Shown here piece after piece: positions 19,383-28,866 of a stretch of DNA of 64,000 nt. A program made the position numbers and the translations under genes. The DNA lies in the NCBI GenBank assembly GCA_031285845.1, contig JAITVK010000006.1, positions 1,286 to 65,285 of the forward strand. Reading direction: 5' to 3'. The notes below the pieces were generated by a model. The model searched no databases, was not told where the DNA came from, and was given only the letters and a program-made list of their open reading frames with translations. Within the stretch, counting starts at the first letter, position 1. Every line of letters begins with the position of its first letter. This DNA comes from Propionibacteriaceae bacterium (GTDB lineage Bacteria; Actinomycetota; Actinomycetes; Propionibacteriales; Propionibacteriaceae).

Positions 19383-20933
19383 TCAGCTCGACGGACGCAG
19401 CAGCGGGAACAGGATCGTCTCGCGAATCCCCGTGTCGGTGAACAGCATCATCAGCCGGTCGATGCCGACCCCGACCCCGCCCATCGGCGGCGCGCCGAAC
19501 TCGAGGGCGCGCAGGAAATCCTCATCCAACTGCATCGCCTCCGGATCACCGCCAGCCGCCCGCAGCGACTGCTCAGTCAGACGCTCGCGCTGAACCACCG
19601 GGTCGATCAGCTCGGAGAAGCCAGTTCCCCGCTCGACACCGCCGATGATCAAGTCCCACGCCTGACCCAACCGGGGGTCCTCGGGATGAGGACGAGCCAG
19701 GGGTTGCGCGACAGCCGGGAAGTCGTAGACGAAAGTCGGTTCGATCAACTGATGCTCGACCAGTTCCGAATACAGCTCCATCGCCATCTTGCCCGTGCCC
19801 AGATTCGGGTCGTACGTCATGTCATGGGAGCGGGCGTGCTGATGCAGCACCTCCAGCGGGGTGTCGACCGTGACTTCCTCACCGACCGCCTCGGACACCA
19901 AGTCGTAGAACTTCGCCCAGCGCCAAGACCCATCCAGATCGATCTCGACGTCGCCATGACGGACCTGACGACTCCCGAGCCCTTCGTCGGCCGCACGCTG
20001 GATCATGCGACGGGTGATGTCAGCGACCGAGAACTGGTCACCCCAAGACGCGTAGAACTCCAACATCGAGAACTCGGCCGAATGCGACGAGTCGATCCCC
20101 TCGTTGCGGAAAATCCGACCGATCTCGTAGACCCGATCGGCCCCGCCAACCATCGCGCGCTTAAGATAGAGCTCCAAGGCGATGCGCATCGTCATCTCGA
20201 CGTCGAACGCGTTCAAGTGGGTACGGAACGGGCGGGCCGCGGCCCCGCCGTGGATCAACTGCAACACCGGGGTCTCGATCTCCAAGAACCCCTCATCATC
20301 CAAGCTGGACCGGATCGACTTCATGACCGCCGACCGCAGACGCACCATGTCCCGCGACTGCGGGCGTACCACCAAATCAGCGTAACGCTGACGGACTCTC
20401 GTCTCCTCCGACAAGCCCTTGTGGAGCACAGGCAAGGGACGCAAGGCCTTGGACGCCATCGCCCACGAATCGGCCAACACTGACAGCTCACCGCGTTTGG
20501 AGGCGATGACGCGGCCGCGGACGAACACGAAGTCACCCAGATCGACGTCGTTCTTCCACGCGGTGAGGCGATCTTCGCCGACCTCGGCCAGCGACAGCAT
20601 GACCTGAAGCCGCTCCCCTGAGTTGGTTGCGGTGAAGCCATCCTGCAGGGTCGCGAAGCACAGTTTGCCCGTGTTACGCAGGAAAATGACCCGCCCACTG
20701 ACACCGACGACATCGTCAGTCTCTTCGCCCGCGGCCAAATCCCAGCGTTCGCGAACCTCAGCCAGTGAGATCGTACGATCCACTCCGACCGGGTACGCCG
20801 GTGTCCCTTCAGCGAACAGGCGAGCCCGCTTGTCGAGACGCACACGCATCTGCTCGTTGAGATCGGATGGCTCGAACACATCCGCGCTAGTTTCCTGAGC
20901 CTGATCGCCCTGAGTCGTCATGTCGTCATTCAC
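19383..20933 (-). CDS. lysS: Lysine--tRNA ligase (class II)
   Basis: OB-fold N-domain and class II motifs (FRNEGIDSSHSAEFSMLEFY, GGVGVGIDRLMM). The start is uncertain (GTG 20933 or ATG 20921). Confidence 0.93.
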   Translation of the reverse strand: MNDDMTTQGDQAQETSADVFEPSDLNEQMRVRLDKRARLFAEGTPAYPVGVDRTISLAEVRERWDLAAGEETDDVVGVSGRVIFLRNTGKLCFATLQDGFTATNSGERLQVMLSLAEVGEDRLTAWKNDVDLGDFVFVRGRVIASKRGELSVLADSWAMASKALRPLPVLHKGLSEETRVRQRYADLVVRPQSRDMVRLRSAVMKSIRSSLDDEGFLEIETPVLQLIHGGAAARPFRTHLNAFDVEMTMRIALELYLKRAMVGGADRVYEIGRIFRNEGIDSSHSAEFSMLEFYASWGDQFSVADITRRMIQRAADEGLGSRQVRHGDVEIDLDGSWRWAKFYDLVSEAVGEEVTVDTPLEVLHQHARSHDMTYDPNLGTGKMAMELYSELVEHQLIEPTFVYDFPAVAQPLARPHPEDPRLGQAWDLIIGGVERGTGFSELIDPVVQRERLTEQSLRAAGGDPEAMQLDEDFLRALEFGAPPMGGVGVGIDRLMMLFTDTGIRETILFPLLRPSS

Positions 20934-20988
20934 GCAGAACAGAATACCGCCTACCAGCGCAACCCCACGGAAGGGTCGTTGTGACGAA

Positions 20989-21047
20989 AGGACCGCCCCC
21001 GAACCAGGGGCGGTCCTCTCCAGAACTGATCAGTCGCGATCAGTTCT
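20989..21047 (-). terminator. Two tandem stem-loops downstream of the adhesin gene
   Basis: Perfect 10-bp stem AGAACTGATC/GATCAGTTCT (21022-21047). Perfect 11-bp GC-rich stem AGGACCGCCCC/GGGGCGGTCCT (20989-21017), followed on the minus strand by TTTCGTC. Confidence 0.6.
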
Positions 21048-21098
21048 TGCGATGCGTGTCGACCTCAGACCGCGCGCACCATCTCGTTCATCATCGCT

Positions 21099-24000
21099 TC
21101 AGGCGCGAACCTTCGCGCCGTGACGACGAACCGTCAACGCCAGGCCGGCGACCACCATCATGGATCCCATGAACAGCATCCCGTACGGCGGGCCGTCGAC
21201 CACACCACCGGTTTGGACGCTGACCGCGTCGGTGACCATGAACACTGCCGAGATCGAACCCGACTTGTCTCCAGTCAACGTCGCGGTGTGTGAACCCTGA
21301 GCCAACGCGGCGGGCACGTCGAAGCTGAACTTCACCGTGCCTTGGGCATCCGCCTCGGCGCACCCGATCTGGATCGGATCCGACTGCACCACCAGACAGA
21401 CCTTCTCACCAGGGTTGAAGTTCGTCCCTGTGACCGTCTGTTGTTCCAGCGGGTGACGCGTGCCGTACCCGAGTTCGATTCCAAGGGTCTCGATCGTGAT
21501 CGTCACCGGATCGGACTGGTTACCCGCCGGATCGGTCGCCACCACAGTCACCTCGTCGCCCGGGGCGAGCGGGGTCGTCGGGGTGCAGGACCAATGCCCG
21601 TCAGAGCCGACGACCGCATCCTCGCACCCAGGGACAGGATTGCCATCCGGGTCAGTCACGCTGATGTGATCGCCGGGTTCGCCGTTGTCGCCTGAGATCT
21701 CAGACCCGTTCGAGTCGTTGACCTCGGGGGTCTTCGGCGGCGTACGATCCAGGTCACCCTCACCCGGCTCGGAGTCGTTGCCGGCCGGATCGGTCGCCAC
21801 AGCCTCGATCGGCCCATCGACAGCGTCGTCCGGAGTCTCGACGCTCCAACTGCCGTCGGGCTTGACCGGAACTGTGACCGAGCCAGGCGTGCCGTCCGAC
21901 TTCGGGTACGTCACCACGACTTCGGTGCCATCGTCGACCGGAGTCGGAACCTTGCCCGAGATCACATCGTCATTAGCAGTGTCGATCACCGGCTTGCCCG
22001 GAGCCGTCGTGTCCAAATTCCCTGTGCCCGGCTCAGAATCATTCCCCGCCGGATCGGTCGCCACAGCCTCGATCGGCCCATCGACAGCGTCATCAGGAGT
22101 CTCGCAACTCCATGTGCCGTTCTGACGAACACCGGTCTCGCAGACCTTGTCGCCGTTCTTGTCGGTCACCACCACGGTGGTCCCCGAGTCGATTGGAGTC
22201 GGAACTCGACCCGAGATGACATCGTCATTGGCCGTGTCAATCACTGGCTTGCCCGGAGCGGTGACGTCCAAATCACCAGTGCCTTCGGGTGAGACGTTTC
22301 CGGCCGGATCGGTCACCACAGCGCTGACTTCGCCGTCGATCGCGTCATCAGGGGTCGGAACACTCCACGAGCCATCCGGATTCACCACCACGTCAGTGAG
22401 GGTGTTGTCGCCATCAGCCGTGGGGTACGTCACGTCGATCGTCGAGCCGTCCTCGACCGGAGCCGGAACTGTGCCAGCGATGACGTCATCGTTGGCCGTC
22501 GTGATGTCGGGCGCACCGGATGGGTCGACGTCCAGTCGGCCAGTCCCGGGTTCGGACTCGTTGCCCGCCGGATCGGTCGCGACCGCGGCCACCGGACCCG
22601 AAATCGCATCCTCAGGAGTCGGCGTCGACCACGTCCCGTCCGGATTCACCCGAACACCAGAGACCGTCTTCTCACCATCAGCGGTCGGATAGGTCACGTC
22701 GATCGTGGTGCCCGACTCCACCGGAGCCGGAACCGTACCAGCAATCACCTCATCATTCGCCGTGTCAATCGTCGGCCTACCCGGAGCCGTCTTGTCCACG
22801 GTCAGGTCGACCGAGTTGGACGGGTCCGAGGTGTTGTTCGACGGATCGGTCTGAGTCGCTGACAAGGTATGATCACCGTCAGCCAAACCCGACACCGCGC
22901 AAGACCATGTCCCGGCCGAGGTGACCGTCGCCGTGCACAGTTTCGTGCCATCAGTCTCGTCGACCACCGTCACTGTCGCCCCAGGCTCACCCGAACCCGT
23001 GACCTCGATCGGGTCGTCGTTAGTCGTGGTGCCGGTGGTCGGCGTGGTGATCTGCGGCGGCGTCGGCTTGGTGGTGTCACCAGTGCTGACGAAGACGATG
23101 TCCTTCGGATCATCGACCTGACCGGTCGCGCCGTGATCGTCGTAATCGGCCCGAATCGTCACCGTCTCGGCGACAGCGTCGGACACCGTGGCCGTCGCGA
23201 TGCCGTCCGCCCCGGTCGTACCCTTGACCACCGTCAGGGTCGACGAACCAGGAGTGACCATCGTGAATTCGACGTCGACATCCGGCACCGGGACGCAGTT
23301 CTCATCGGTCACCAAAGCTCGCACGCTGGACGTCCCAGCACCCGTGTCGGGCAGGGTGATCGGCGACTGAACCTTGAGATTCGTCCCCTCAGAACCGTCT
23401 TCGCAGGTGAACGGACCAGGCTTGACCGGCCCAGGACCGGTCGCGGTGAAGACGATGTCCTTCGGATCATCGACCTGCTCCGACGCGCCCTCATGCTCAT
23501 AGTCGGCCCGAACCGTCACGGTCTCTTCGACCGGGTCGCTGACCGAAGCCGTGGCTTTGCCGTCCGCGCCAGTCGTTCCGTTGACGACCGTCAGCGTGGA
23601 CGACCCCGGGGTCACCATCGCGAACTCGACGTCGACATCGGGCACCGGGTTGCAGTTCTCGTCGGTCACCAATGCGGTCACCGCCGACGATGCGGGGATG
23701 ACCACCGGTGAGGTGACGCTCAGGCCCGTGCCCGGACGACCATTAGCGCAGTCCGGTTTCGGACCGGGCACCGGGTCGCCGTGAACGAACGGGATCGGCT
23801 GCGCGGACCCGATCGTACGACCGAGGTACGCCACCGAAGCGTCCGAGTCGGCGTCCGCCGTCGTCGAGGTGAACTTGACCTCGTACGTCCCCGGTGTCGC
23901 TCCCGCCGTGACCGCTGACAAAACGACCTTGTCGGCGTCGTTGGACGCGTCGAAGACAATGTCAGTCAGCGTCAAACCCGTCACCGGGCGGCCCTGCGAG

Positions 24001-27000
24001 TCGTTGGCCGTCAAGATTCCGGTGTACGACGACTGTCCGTCGGCGACCACCCAGGTCGAGTCGTCGCCGAGGTCGGCTTTCGGGGTGACCTCGAAGCTCG
24101 ACTTCGACGGATCGACCGTCTGGGTGAAAACCACCGTCTTGGGCGAACCGGAGATCGCCACGTCACTCTCGTCGACGCTGATCGTGGCCGAGACCGCGTC
24201 AGTGTAGGTTCCCGCCGTCAGCGAACTGACCGTGATCGAGCAGACACCGTCGGTGTTGGTCACGCAAGTGTCGTCCCCCAACTGGAGCGCCTCAGCGGCA
24301 GAACCGAAGCTGACCGTCACACCGGGAACCGGGACGCCCTCCGCGTCGACGATCGTCGCCGTCGCGGTCAAATCGGTTCCAATCTCAGCAGTGTTGTCAT
24401 TGGCGGCCGACGTTGCCGTGTTGTCGATCGTCAAGGTCGACTTGGTCGGATCCGGAGTCAGGCCATAGCTGAACTGAACCAACACATCATCACCCAGTTC
24501 CGGGGTGAACGTCACGGTGGCCGTTGAGCCTTCGGTGGTGACCTCGGCCTCGTAAGGTTGACGCGTGGCGGTGTCAGTCACCGTCACTGAGCTGAGCCGG
24601 GCACCAGACGGCGCGGTCGCGGTGATCTGTTTGGACTGACCGACCGAAGCGGCTTTGGCCGTCCCGAAGACGACGCCAGTGGCGGCGCTGGCGGTCAGCG
24701 ACTGACCGTCGACCGTGAATGTCGCCGGATCGCCGGTGTTCACCACGGCTGTTCGATAGACCGCGTCAGCGGCCGAGAAAGCATAGTCCTCGATCTCGCC
24801 CGGAGTGGCCCAGGCCGTGGCCGAGGAATCGGCAGCGGCCTGATACTCGTCCTTGGCGTTGGTCGGCGAGGTGATCGTCGCCGTCGACACTTCGGCCCGC
24901 AGCTGAACCGACGGCGTGCCTGACACCGTCCCGCTCGGCTGGACTTGATAGGACCCGGTGGCGACGCCATCAGACACCTGAGTCGTCCACGCGGCGGTGG
25001 TGTCCCAGGTCGACCCAGTGCCGGTCGTCCACCCGACGAGCGTGGCCGCGTCGGCCTGATCCCCGGACAGTGTGGCGCCGAGCTGATATTGCGCCGTCGC
25101 GGCCACCAAGGTTCCTTCGAGCGGAATCGCGCCGGCGGCAGAGTCGATGAAGACCCCGTCGTCGGTGTCGTTGTGAGCCTCGCCGTCGGTGGCGACCTGG
25201 TTGGCGCCCAGCGAGTCACCCAGCCAAACGACCGGGTTGCCCCCGTTGACGTGGATCGGCGCGCTGGCGGCCACACTGGCCGGACCGGCCTTGGCGTCAC
25301 CGGTTGAGCCGAGCGTCGAGACGCCGAAGTTCAGGCCGGCGACCTCGGCGTCGGAATTCATCACCACGGTGGCCCAGATCGGCCAGGACGACGAGTCAGT
25401 CGACTCCAGTTCAGGATCGACGTACCCAGGATCGAGATTGCCGAAGCACTGTCCCGAACCGGTGGTGATGGTCGAGTCGCCACAATGAATGGTGACCTCG
25501 TTGACTGTGCCGTCGACCGCGCCGTAGGTCTGGACGGCGTTGACCCCGCCGATCTGCGGATGCAGAACTCGGACGTGGTAGGTTCCGTCGCCGGAGACGA
25601 TCAGACGGTACGACCCATCCTGGGCGGTGATCTGAGTGCCCAACAGGGTGTTGTCCTCGTCATAGACCGCCACGGTGACATCGGCCACGCCGACCTCGTC
25701 GTCGCTGATCACCGAGTCGGCGTTGGCGTCGTCGTAGACGAAGCCGCCGATGACCGTCAGCATCTGCGGGGAGGCGTTGTCGCGGTAGACCCGTCCGTCG
25801 ACCTGAGACATCGTGTACGACGTGGAAGCTCCACCGCCGATCGTGTCCGTGGCCTTGGCATTGTCAGCCACATCCTGAACCCCGGAAATCGCCATGTCGC
25901 CCGACAAAGGATCGATCCGCAACATCCGGGAGGCCGTGAAGTTCTCCGAGGCGGCCACTCCGTCAGCCGAGCCCTGATTGGCCGGATAGGCCTGCGAGTT
26001 GACGCCGATGTAGCCACCGGCGAGGAACTTGCCGTCATGGATGCCCGTGCCCGGAGACCAAATCGCCGACTCTGGCTCAGTCATCGTCGAGTCAGATTTC
26101 CCGAGCTTCTTGACGACGTTGTAGACCCACGGATCCGCACTCGACCCGTTCAAGAACCCGCCATCATCGCCTGTGGCCGGATTGATCCGGACCAGCGCGG
26201 CGGTGCCGTTTTGGCCAGCGCCTGCCGCGATCGGGGTCGACACGTAGATGTAGATGTTGCCTTGCGCGTCCAAACCGAAGTCAGCCGCGGTTTCGACGTT
26301 GACGCCGGTTCCACCGCCCCAGGCGACTGGGCCGTAGGCGCACGCCGACTCCAAACCTGTGACACAAGTCGTACCGTTGGTGATGGCCTGGAGACGCTTA
26401 CGCTCCATCGACTGAGCCGCCGAGCCCTTCGTGTCGGCCGGCTGAACCGGGCCTGACATCGAGTACTGACCGGTCTGCGGATCCCAGATCGAGAACTGGA
26501 CCCAGCTGGTGTTCGGACCGCCGGCTGTGGCGGGGATGGCGTCCATGGAACCATAGTCCGCCTGGACGTAGATCAGACCGTTGAGCTGATTGCCTTCACC
26601 ACCGGTGGCGAAACCATCGCCGGTGACCTGTGGCGGGAAAGTTTGAGCCATCGACGGCGCGGGCATGCAGCCGACGTAGATGTCAGGCGACTGGTCGGTC
26701 ACCCGTGCGACCGTGATGACCTGGTTGGCGCCCAAACCCGTCAGCACCGGGCAATTCAACACCGACGCGTCGACACCGTCGAAACCATCGTGGGACCAGA
26801 AGTAGACCGACAACGTGTCATTGCCCGACTGCGTCCCACCGATCGGCGCGATCGCCTGAGTCGAGAACTGGCGCATGTCGAAGAAGGGGACGCCTGCGGC
26901 TGTGCGTTCGAATTCCAACACTGGACGGGTCTTGAACCCGGTCGCGTCGTCAGTGAAATCGTACGACTCGCCGAGCATCGCCACAGTCGAACCGATCGGA

Positions 27001-27284
27001 GCCGCCGGGTTGCCGGTCGAACGATCCGAGGTCCAGTAGATCGACTCGGTGGTCAGCGGCTGCAGCCAGTTGGCCTTCAACTGGTCGACCTTCGTCCAAT
27101 TCGGATCAAAGCCTTCATTGGCCAGTCCCGGTGTCTGCGCTTCTGCCACCGGCGCTTGCACACTTTGTCCGAGGAAGATTCCGCCAATAGTCAAGACAAA
27201 CGACGCCAAGAGCGCCGTCGGCCTCAACCAACTCGGCTTGCCAGTCGTCACGTGATGAGGCGTGCGCGAAGCACCATCCATCAT
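21099..27284 (-). CDS. Giant secreted cell-surface protein (adhesin-like) with SdrD-B/Cna-B-like, Big_1-like and tandem Ig-like domains and a C-terminal anchor
   Basis: I prefer the ATG ATG at 27284 (GGGGGA upstream) to the TTG at 27305. Signal peptide ...LGQSVQAPVAEA/QT. An SdrD-B-like segment (GGFVYDDANADSVISDDEVGVADVTVAVYDED). Two ~119-aa invasin-like Ig repeats and six ~85-90-aa Ig-like repeats. C-terminal hydrophobic helix plus RRHGAKVRA tail. Confidence 0.85.
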   Translation of the reverse strand: MMDGASRTPHHVTTGKPSWLRPTALLASFVLTIGGIFLGQSVQAPVAEAQTPGLANEGFDPNWTKVDQLKANWLQPLTTESIYWTSDRSTGNPAAPIGSTVAMLGESYDFTDDATGFKTRPVLEFERTAAGVPFFDMRQFSTQAIAPIGGTQSGNDTLSVYFWSHDGFDGVDASVLNCPVLTGLGANQVITVARVTDQSPDIYVGCMPAPSMAQTFPPQVTGDGFATGGEGNQLNGLIYVQADYGSMDAIPATAGGPNTSWVQFSIWDPQTGQYSMSGPVQPADTKGSAAQSMERKRLQAITNGTTCVTGLESACAYGPVAWGGGTGVNVETAADFGLDAQGNIYIYVSTPIAAGAGQNGTAALVRINPATGDDGGFLNGSSADPWVYNVVKKLGKSDSTMTEPESAIWSPGTGIHDGKFLAGGYIGVNSQAYPANQGSADGVAASENFTASRMLRIDPLSGDMAISGVQDVADNAKATDTIGGGASTSYTMSQVDGRVYRDNASPQMLTVIGGFVYDDANADSVISDDEVGVADVTVAVYDEDNTLLGTQITAQDGSYRLIVSGDGTYHVRVLHPQIGGVNAVQTYGAVDGTVNEVTIHCGDSTITTGSGQCFGNLDPGYVDPELESTDSSSWPIWATVVMNSDAEVAGLNFGVSTLGSTGDAKAGPASVAASAPIHVNGGNPVVWLGDSLGANQVATDGEAHNDTDDGVFIDSAAGAIPLEGTLVAATAQYQLGATLSGDQADAATLVGWTTGTGSTWDTTAAWTTQVSDGVATGSYQVQPSGTVSGTPSVQLRAEVSTATITSPTNAKDEYQAAADSSATAWATPGEIEDYAFSAADAVYRTAVVNTGDPATFTVDGQSLTASAATGVVFGTAKAASVGQSKQITATAPSGARLSSVTVTDTATRQPYEAEVTTEGSTATVTFTPELGDDVLVQFSYGLTPDPTKSTLTIDNTATSAANDNTAEIGTDLTATATIVDAEGVPVPGVTVSFGSAAEALQLGDDTCVTNTDGVCSITVSSLTAGTYTDAVSATISVDESDVAISGSPKTVVFTQTVDPSKSSFEVTPKADLGDDSTWVVADGQSSYTGILTANDSQGRPVTGLTLTDIVFDASNDADKVVLSAVTAGATPGTYEVKFTSTTADADSDASVAYLGRTIGSAQPIPFVHGDPVPGPKPDCANGRPGTGLSVTSPVVIPASSAVTALVTDENCNPVPDVDVEFAMVTPGSSTLTVVNGTTGADGKATASVSDPVEETVTVRADYEHEGASEQVDDPKDIVFTATGPGPVKPGPFTCEDGSEGTNLKVQSPITLPDTGAGTSSVRALVTDENCVPVPDVDVEFTMVTPGSSTLTVVKGTTGADGIATATVSDAVAETVTIRADYDDHGATGQVDDPKDIVFVSTGDTTKPTPPQITTPTTGTTTNDDPIEVTGSGEPGATVTVVDETDGTKLCTATVTSAGTWSCAVSGLADGDHTLSATQTDPSNNTSDPSNSVDLTVDKTAPGRPTIDTANDEVIAGTVPAPVESGTTIDVTYPTADGEKTVSGVRVNPDGTWSTPTPEDAISGPVAAVATDPAGNESEPGTGRLDVDPSGAPDITTANDDVIAGTVPAPVEDGSTIDVTYPTADGDNTLTDVVVNPDGSWSVPTPDDAIDGEVSAVVTDPAGNVSPEGTGDLDVTAPGKPVIDTANDDVISGRVPTPIDSGTTVVVTDKNGDKVCETGVRQNGTWSCETPDDAVDGPIEAVATDPAGNDSEPGTGNLDTTAPGKPVIDTANDDVISGKVPTPVDDGTEVVVTYPKSDGTPGSVTVPVKPDGSWSVETPDDAVDGPIEAVATDPAGNDSEPGEGDLDRTPPKTPEVNDSNGSEISGDNGEPGDHISVTDPDGNPVPGCEDAVVGSDGHWSCTPTTPLAPGDEVTVVATDPAGNQSDPVTITIETLGIELGYGTRHPLEQQTVTGTNFNPGEKVCLVVQSDPIQIGCAEADAQGTVKFSFDVPAALAQGSHTATLTGDKSGSISAVFMVTDAVSVQTGGVVDGPPYGMLFMGSMMVVAGLALTVRRHGAKVRA
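21490..23075 (-). repeat. Six tandem Ig-like coding repeats (period ~255-267 bp) inside the adhesin gene
   Basis: Repeated protein module ...TAPGKPVIDTANDDVISG.VPTPV..G..V.VTYP..DG......V.PDGSWS..TPDDA.DGP..AVATDPAGN.S.PG.G.LD. The DNA motif GGCTTGCCCGGAG recurs at 21991 and 22246. Confidence 0.75.
23085..23785 (-). repeat. Tandem duplication of a ~357-bp (119-codon) Big_1/invasin-like Ig module in the adhesin gene
   Basis: An identical 30-mer GAAGACGATGTCCTTCGGATCATCGACCTG occurs at 23091-23120 and 23448-23477. The flanking DNA looks broadly similar by eye (not aligned). The protein repeats share LVTDENC.PVPDVDVEF.MVTPGSSTLTVV.GTTGADG. Confidence 0.75.
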
Positions 27285-27297
27285 GAGTCCCCCTAAA

Positions 27298-27326
27298 ATA
27301 CGCAATACGTATTCCCTATACGTATA
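27298..27326. promoter_or_regulatory. Paired AT-rich palindromes (operator-like) just upstream of the adhesin start codon
   Basis: AATACGTATT (27304-27313) and TATACGTATA (27317-27326) are both perfect 10-bp palindromes sharing the core ATACGTAT. An extra ATACGC half-site lies at 27298-27303. They sit 20-45 nt upstream of the ATG at 27284. Confidence 0.4.
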
Positions 27327-27655
27327 GTCTCAGGCGGATGTCCCCCAAAAACACAGGCCCCCATCCTGAGGCCAAGCTCGCCGCTTGACACAAGCAATCA
27401 TTCCAGAACGGAATCAGAAACGCAACATCGCTGCATCGTATGAAAGCAGGCCCGACCGCCCCGGTCGAGGTCGCGCGAAAACTGGCTACGACAAGGAGAA
27501 ACTCAACAAAACTTCGCGATAGGACGCGGCGATCAAGCAACGCCTCAGCCCGTCCGGGGACGACCGCTGGCCCCGGTGGTCGCGAAGCCCGGCGGGGTTT
27601 CCCGTGTACCCCCAGTGCGGCACGGACCCCGGTGGCCGCAAAGCGAGGGCATGGA

Positions 27656-28603
27656 TCAAGGAAGGAACAGCGTGTCATCGACCGCGACGACACCGACCTC
27701 ACCAACATCATCCAGCCACCGCTGAACTGGACGGCCCTCCAGGATCGCATGAGGATCGCAGTCGAGCCATGGACGCAAGACAAAGGCGCGCTCATGGGCC
27801 CTCGGATGGGGCACCATCACCTGCGGATCTTCACTGACCTCATCACCCACACTGATCAGATCGATGTCGAGAGTACGCGGGCCGTGAGGCACCGACCGTA
27901 CCCGGCCAGCCAGCGCTTCGATCTGCAAACCTCGATCAAGCAGCGCCGGCGCCGACAAGTCCGACCAGGCCCGAACCACGGCATTGAGGAACCGATTCTG
28001 GCCCGTCACCCCGACCGGCTCAGTCTCGTACACCCTCGACACTGTGACCCGGCTCAGCCCTGGGGTCGTCGCCAAAGCGTCGAGCGCGAATTGCAGGTAC
28101 GGCGCACGCGGCTCTATGTTGGAGCCGAGCGAGAACACCACCGGTCGCGACGGCGGGCGAACATCCTTGGCGTCGATCACCACCTCGCGACGCGACGCGA
28201 TCGGGGTCGTGACTATCACATCGGCGAACGTCACTGACAACGGCGCTTGTGGCTTGTGGATTCGTACCCTGACGTAAGCCATCGAGAAACGATCCAGCAG
28301 CCGACGCTGGATGCGCGCGGCCAACGTCTCGATCAGGTCGACCGGGGACCCCTGCAACAGATCCACCACCTCATCGGCCACCATCGAATAGTCAGTGGTC
28401 GACCCCAGATCATCCGCCTGCGCCGCCTGAGTGAAATCCTGCCACCACGTGACATCCACCCGAAACAGTTGGCCATCTTGACGCTCGTTGTCGAAAACCC
28501 CGTGGTACGCCCAGGCCTCGACGCCCGTCAGATCCATCCGTCCCAACCCTGACGGTTCATCATGGGCGCCCGACACGACTCGTCGGGGGATTGCGTCTGC
28601 CAT
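27656..28603 (-). CDS. folB/folK: Bifunctional dihydroneopterin aldolase / 6-hydroxymethyl-dihydropterin pyrophosphokinase (FolB-FolK fusion)
   Basis: The FolB-like part (MDLTGVEAWAYHGVFDNERQDGQLF) runs in frame, with no stop, into the HPPK-like part (VFSLGSNIEPR...PHGPRTLDIDL...VPHPRAHERAFVL). Start is either ATG 28603 (GGAAGG 8 nt upstream) or ATG 28537. Confidence 0.82.
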   Translation of the reverse strand: MADAIPRRVVSGAHDEPSGLGRMDLTGVEAWAYHGVFDNERQDGQLFRVDVTWWQDFTQAAQADDLGSTTDYSMVADEVVDLLQGSPVDLIETLAARIQRRLLDRFSMAYVRVRIHKPQAPLSVTFADVIVTTPIASRREVVIDAKDVRPPSRPVVFSLGSNIEPRAPYLQFALDALATTPGLSRVTVSRVYETEPVGVTGQNRFLNAVVRAWSDLSAPALLDRGLQIEALAGRVRSVPHGPRTLDIDLISVGDEVSEDPQVMVPHPRAHERAFVLRPWLDCDPHAILEGRPVQRWLDDVGEVGVVAVDDTLFLP

Positions 28604-28866
28604 GCCACTCACCTTCCTGCCATGACACTGGGACCGGTCCATCAGGACCTGCGCACTGGGACCTGTCAGCCATTTTTCCACGAAACCGAGTACGTGAAAT
28701 CGATGCCCATCCACAGATCGGTGGGATTCTGCGGGCCGGCGGCACGAGGGCGAGCACGCACGGAGGCGCGGAGGTCCGGAGCACGAGGGTGCCGCGAAGC
28801 GAGAGTCACGGGGCGGGAGGGCGCGTCACGCGTCGGGCGGGGTGCGCTCCCGCATTCAGGGGCAGC

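Noticed and set aside
18471-20483. 670-aa plus-strand ORF
   Set aside because: It is entirely antisense to lysS and the spermidine-synthase-like gene. It is Arg/His/Pro-rich with no recognisable motifs. This is a typical high-GC shadow ORF.
21102-21120. Hairpin GGCGCGAA-CCT-TCGCGCC at the adhesin stop codon
   Set aside because: It lies within the coding sequence of the basic tail (…GAKVRA). The two stronger hairpins downstream are better terminator candidates.
27303-27305. TTG at 27305 as the adhesin start (track ORF start)
   Set aside because: It falls inside the palindromic operator-like sequence and lacks an SD. The ATG ATG at 27284 has GGGGGA upstream and gives a normal signal peptide.
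28604-28720. Folate-related riboswitch (ZTP/pfl or THF) in front of folBK
   Set aside because: I could not find the conserved cores I remember, such as the CCGCCUGGGC pseudoknot element of ZTP. The nearest match, ACGCCTGGCGA at ~29115-29125 on the minus strand, is imperfect and misplaced.
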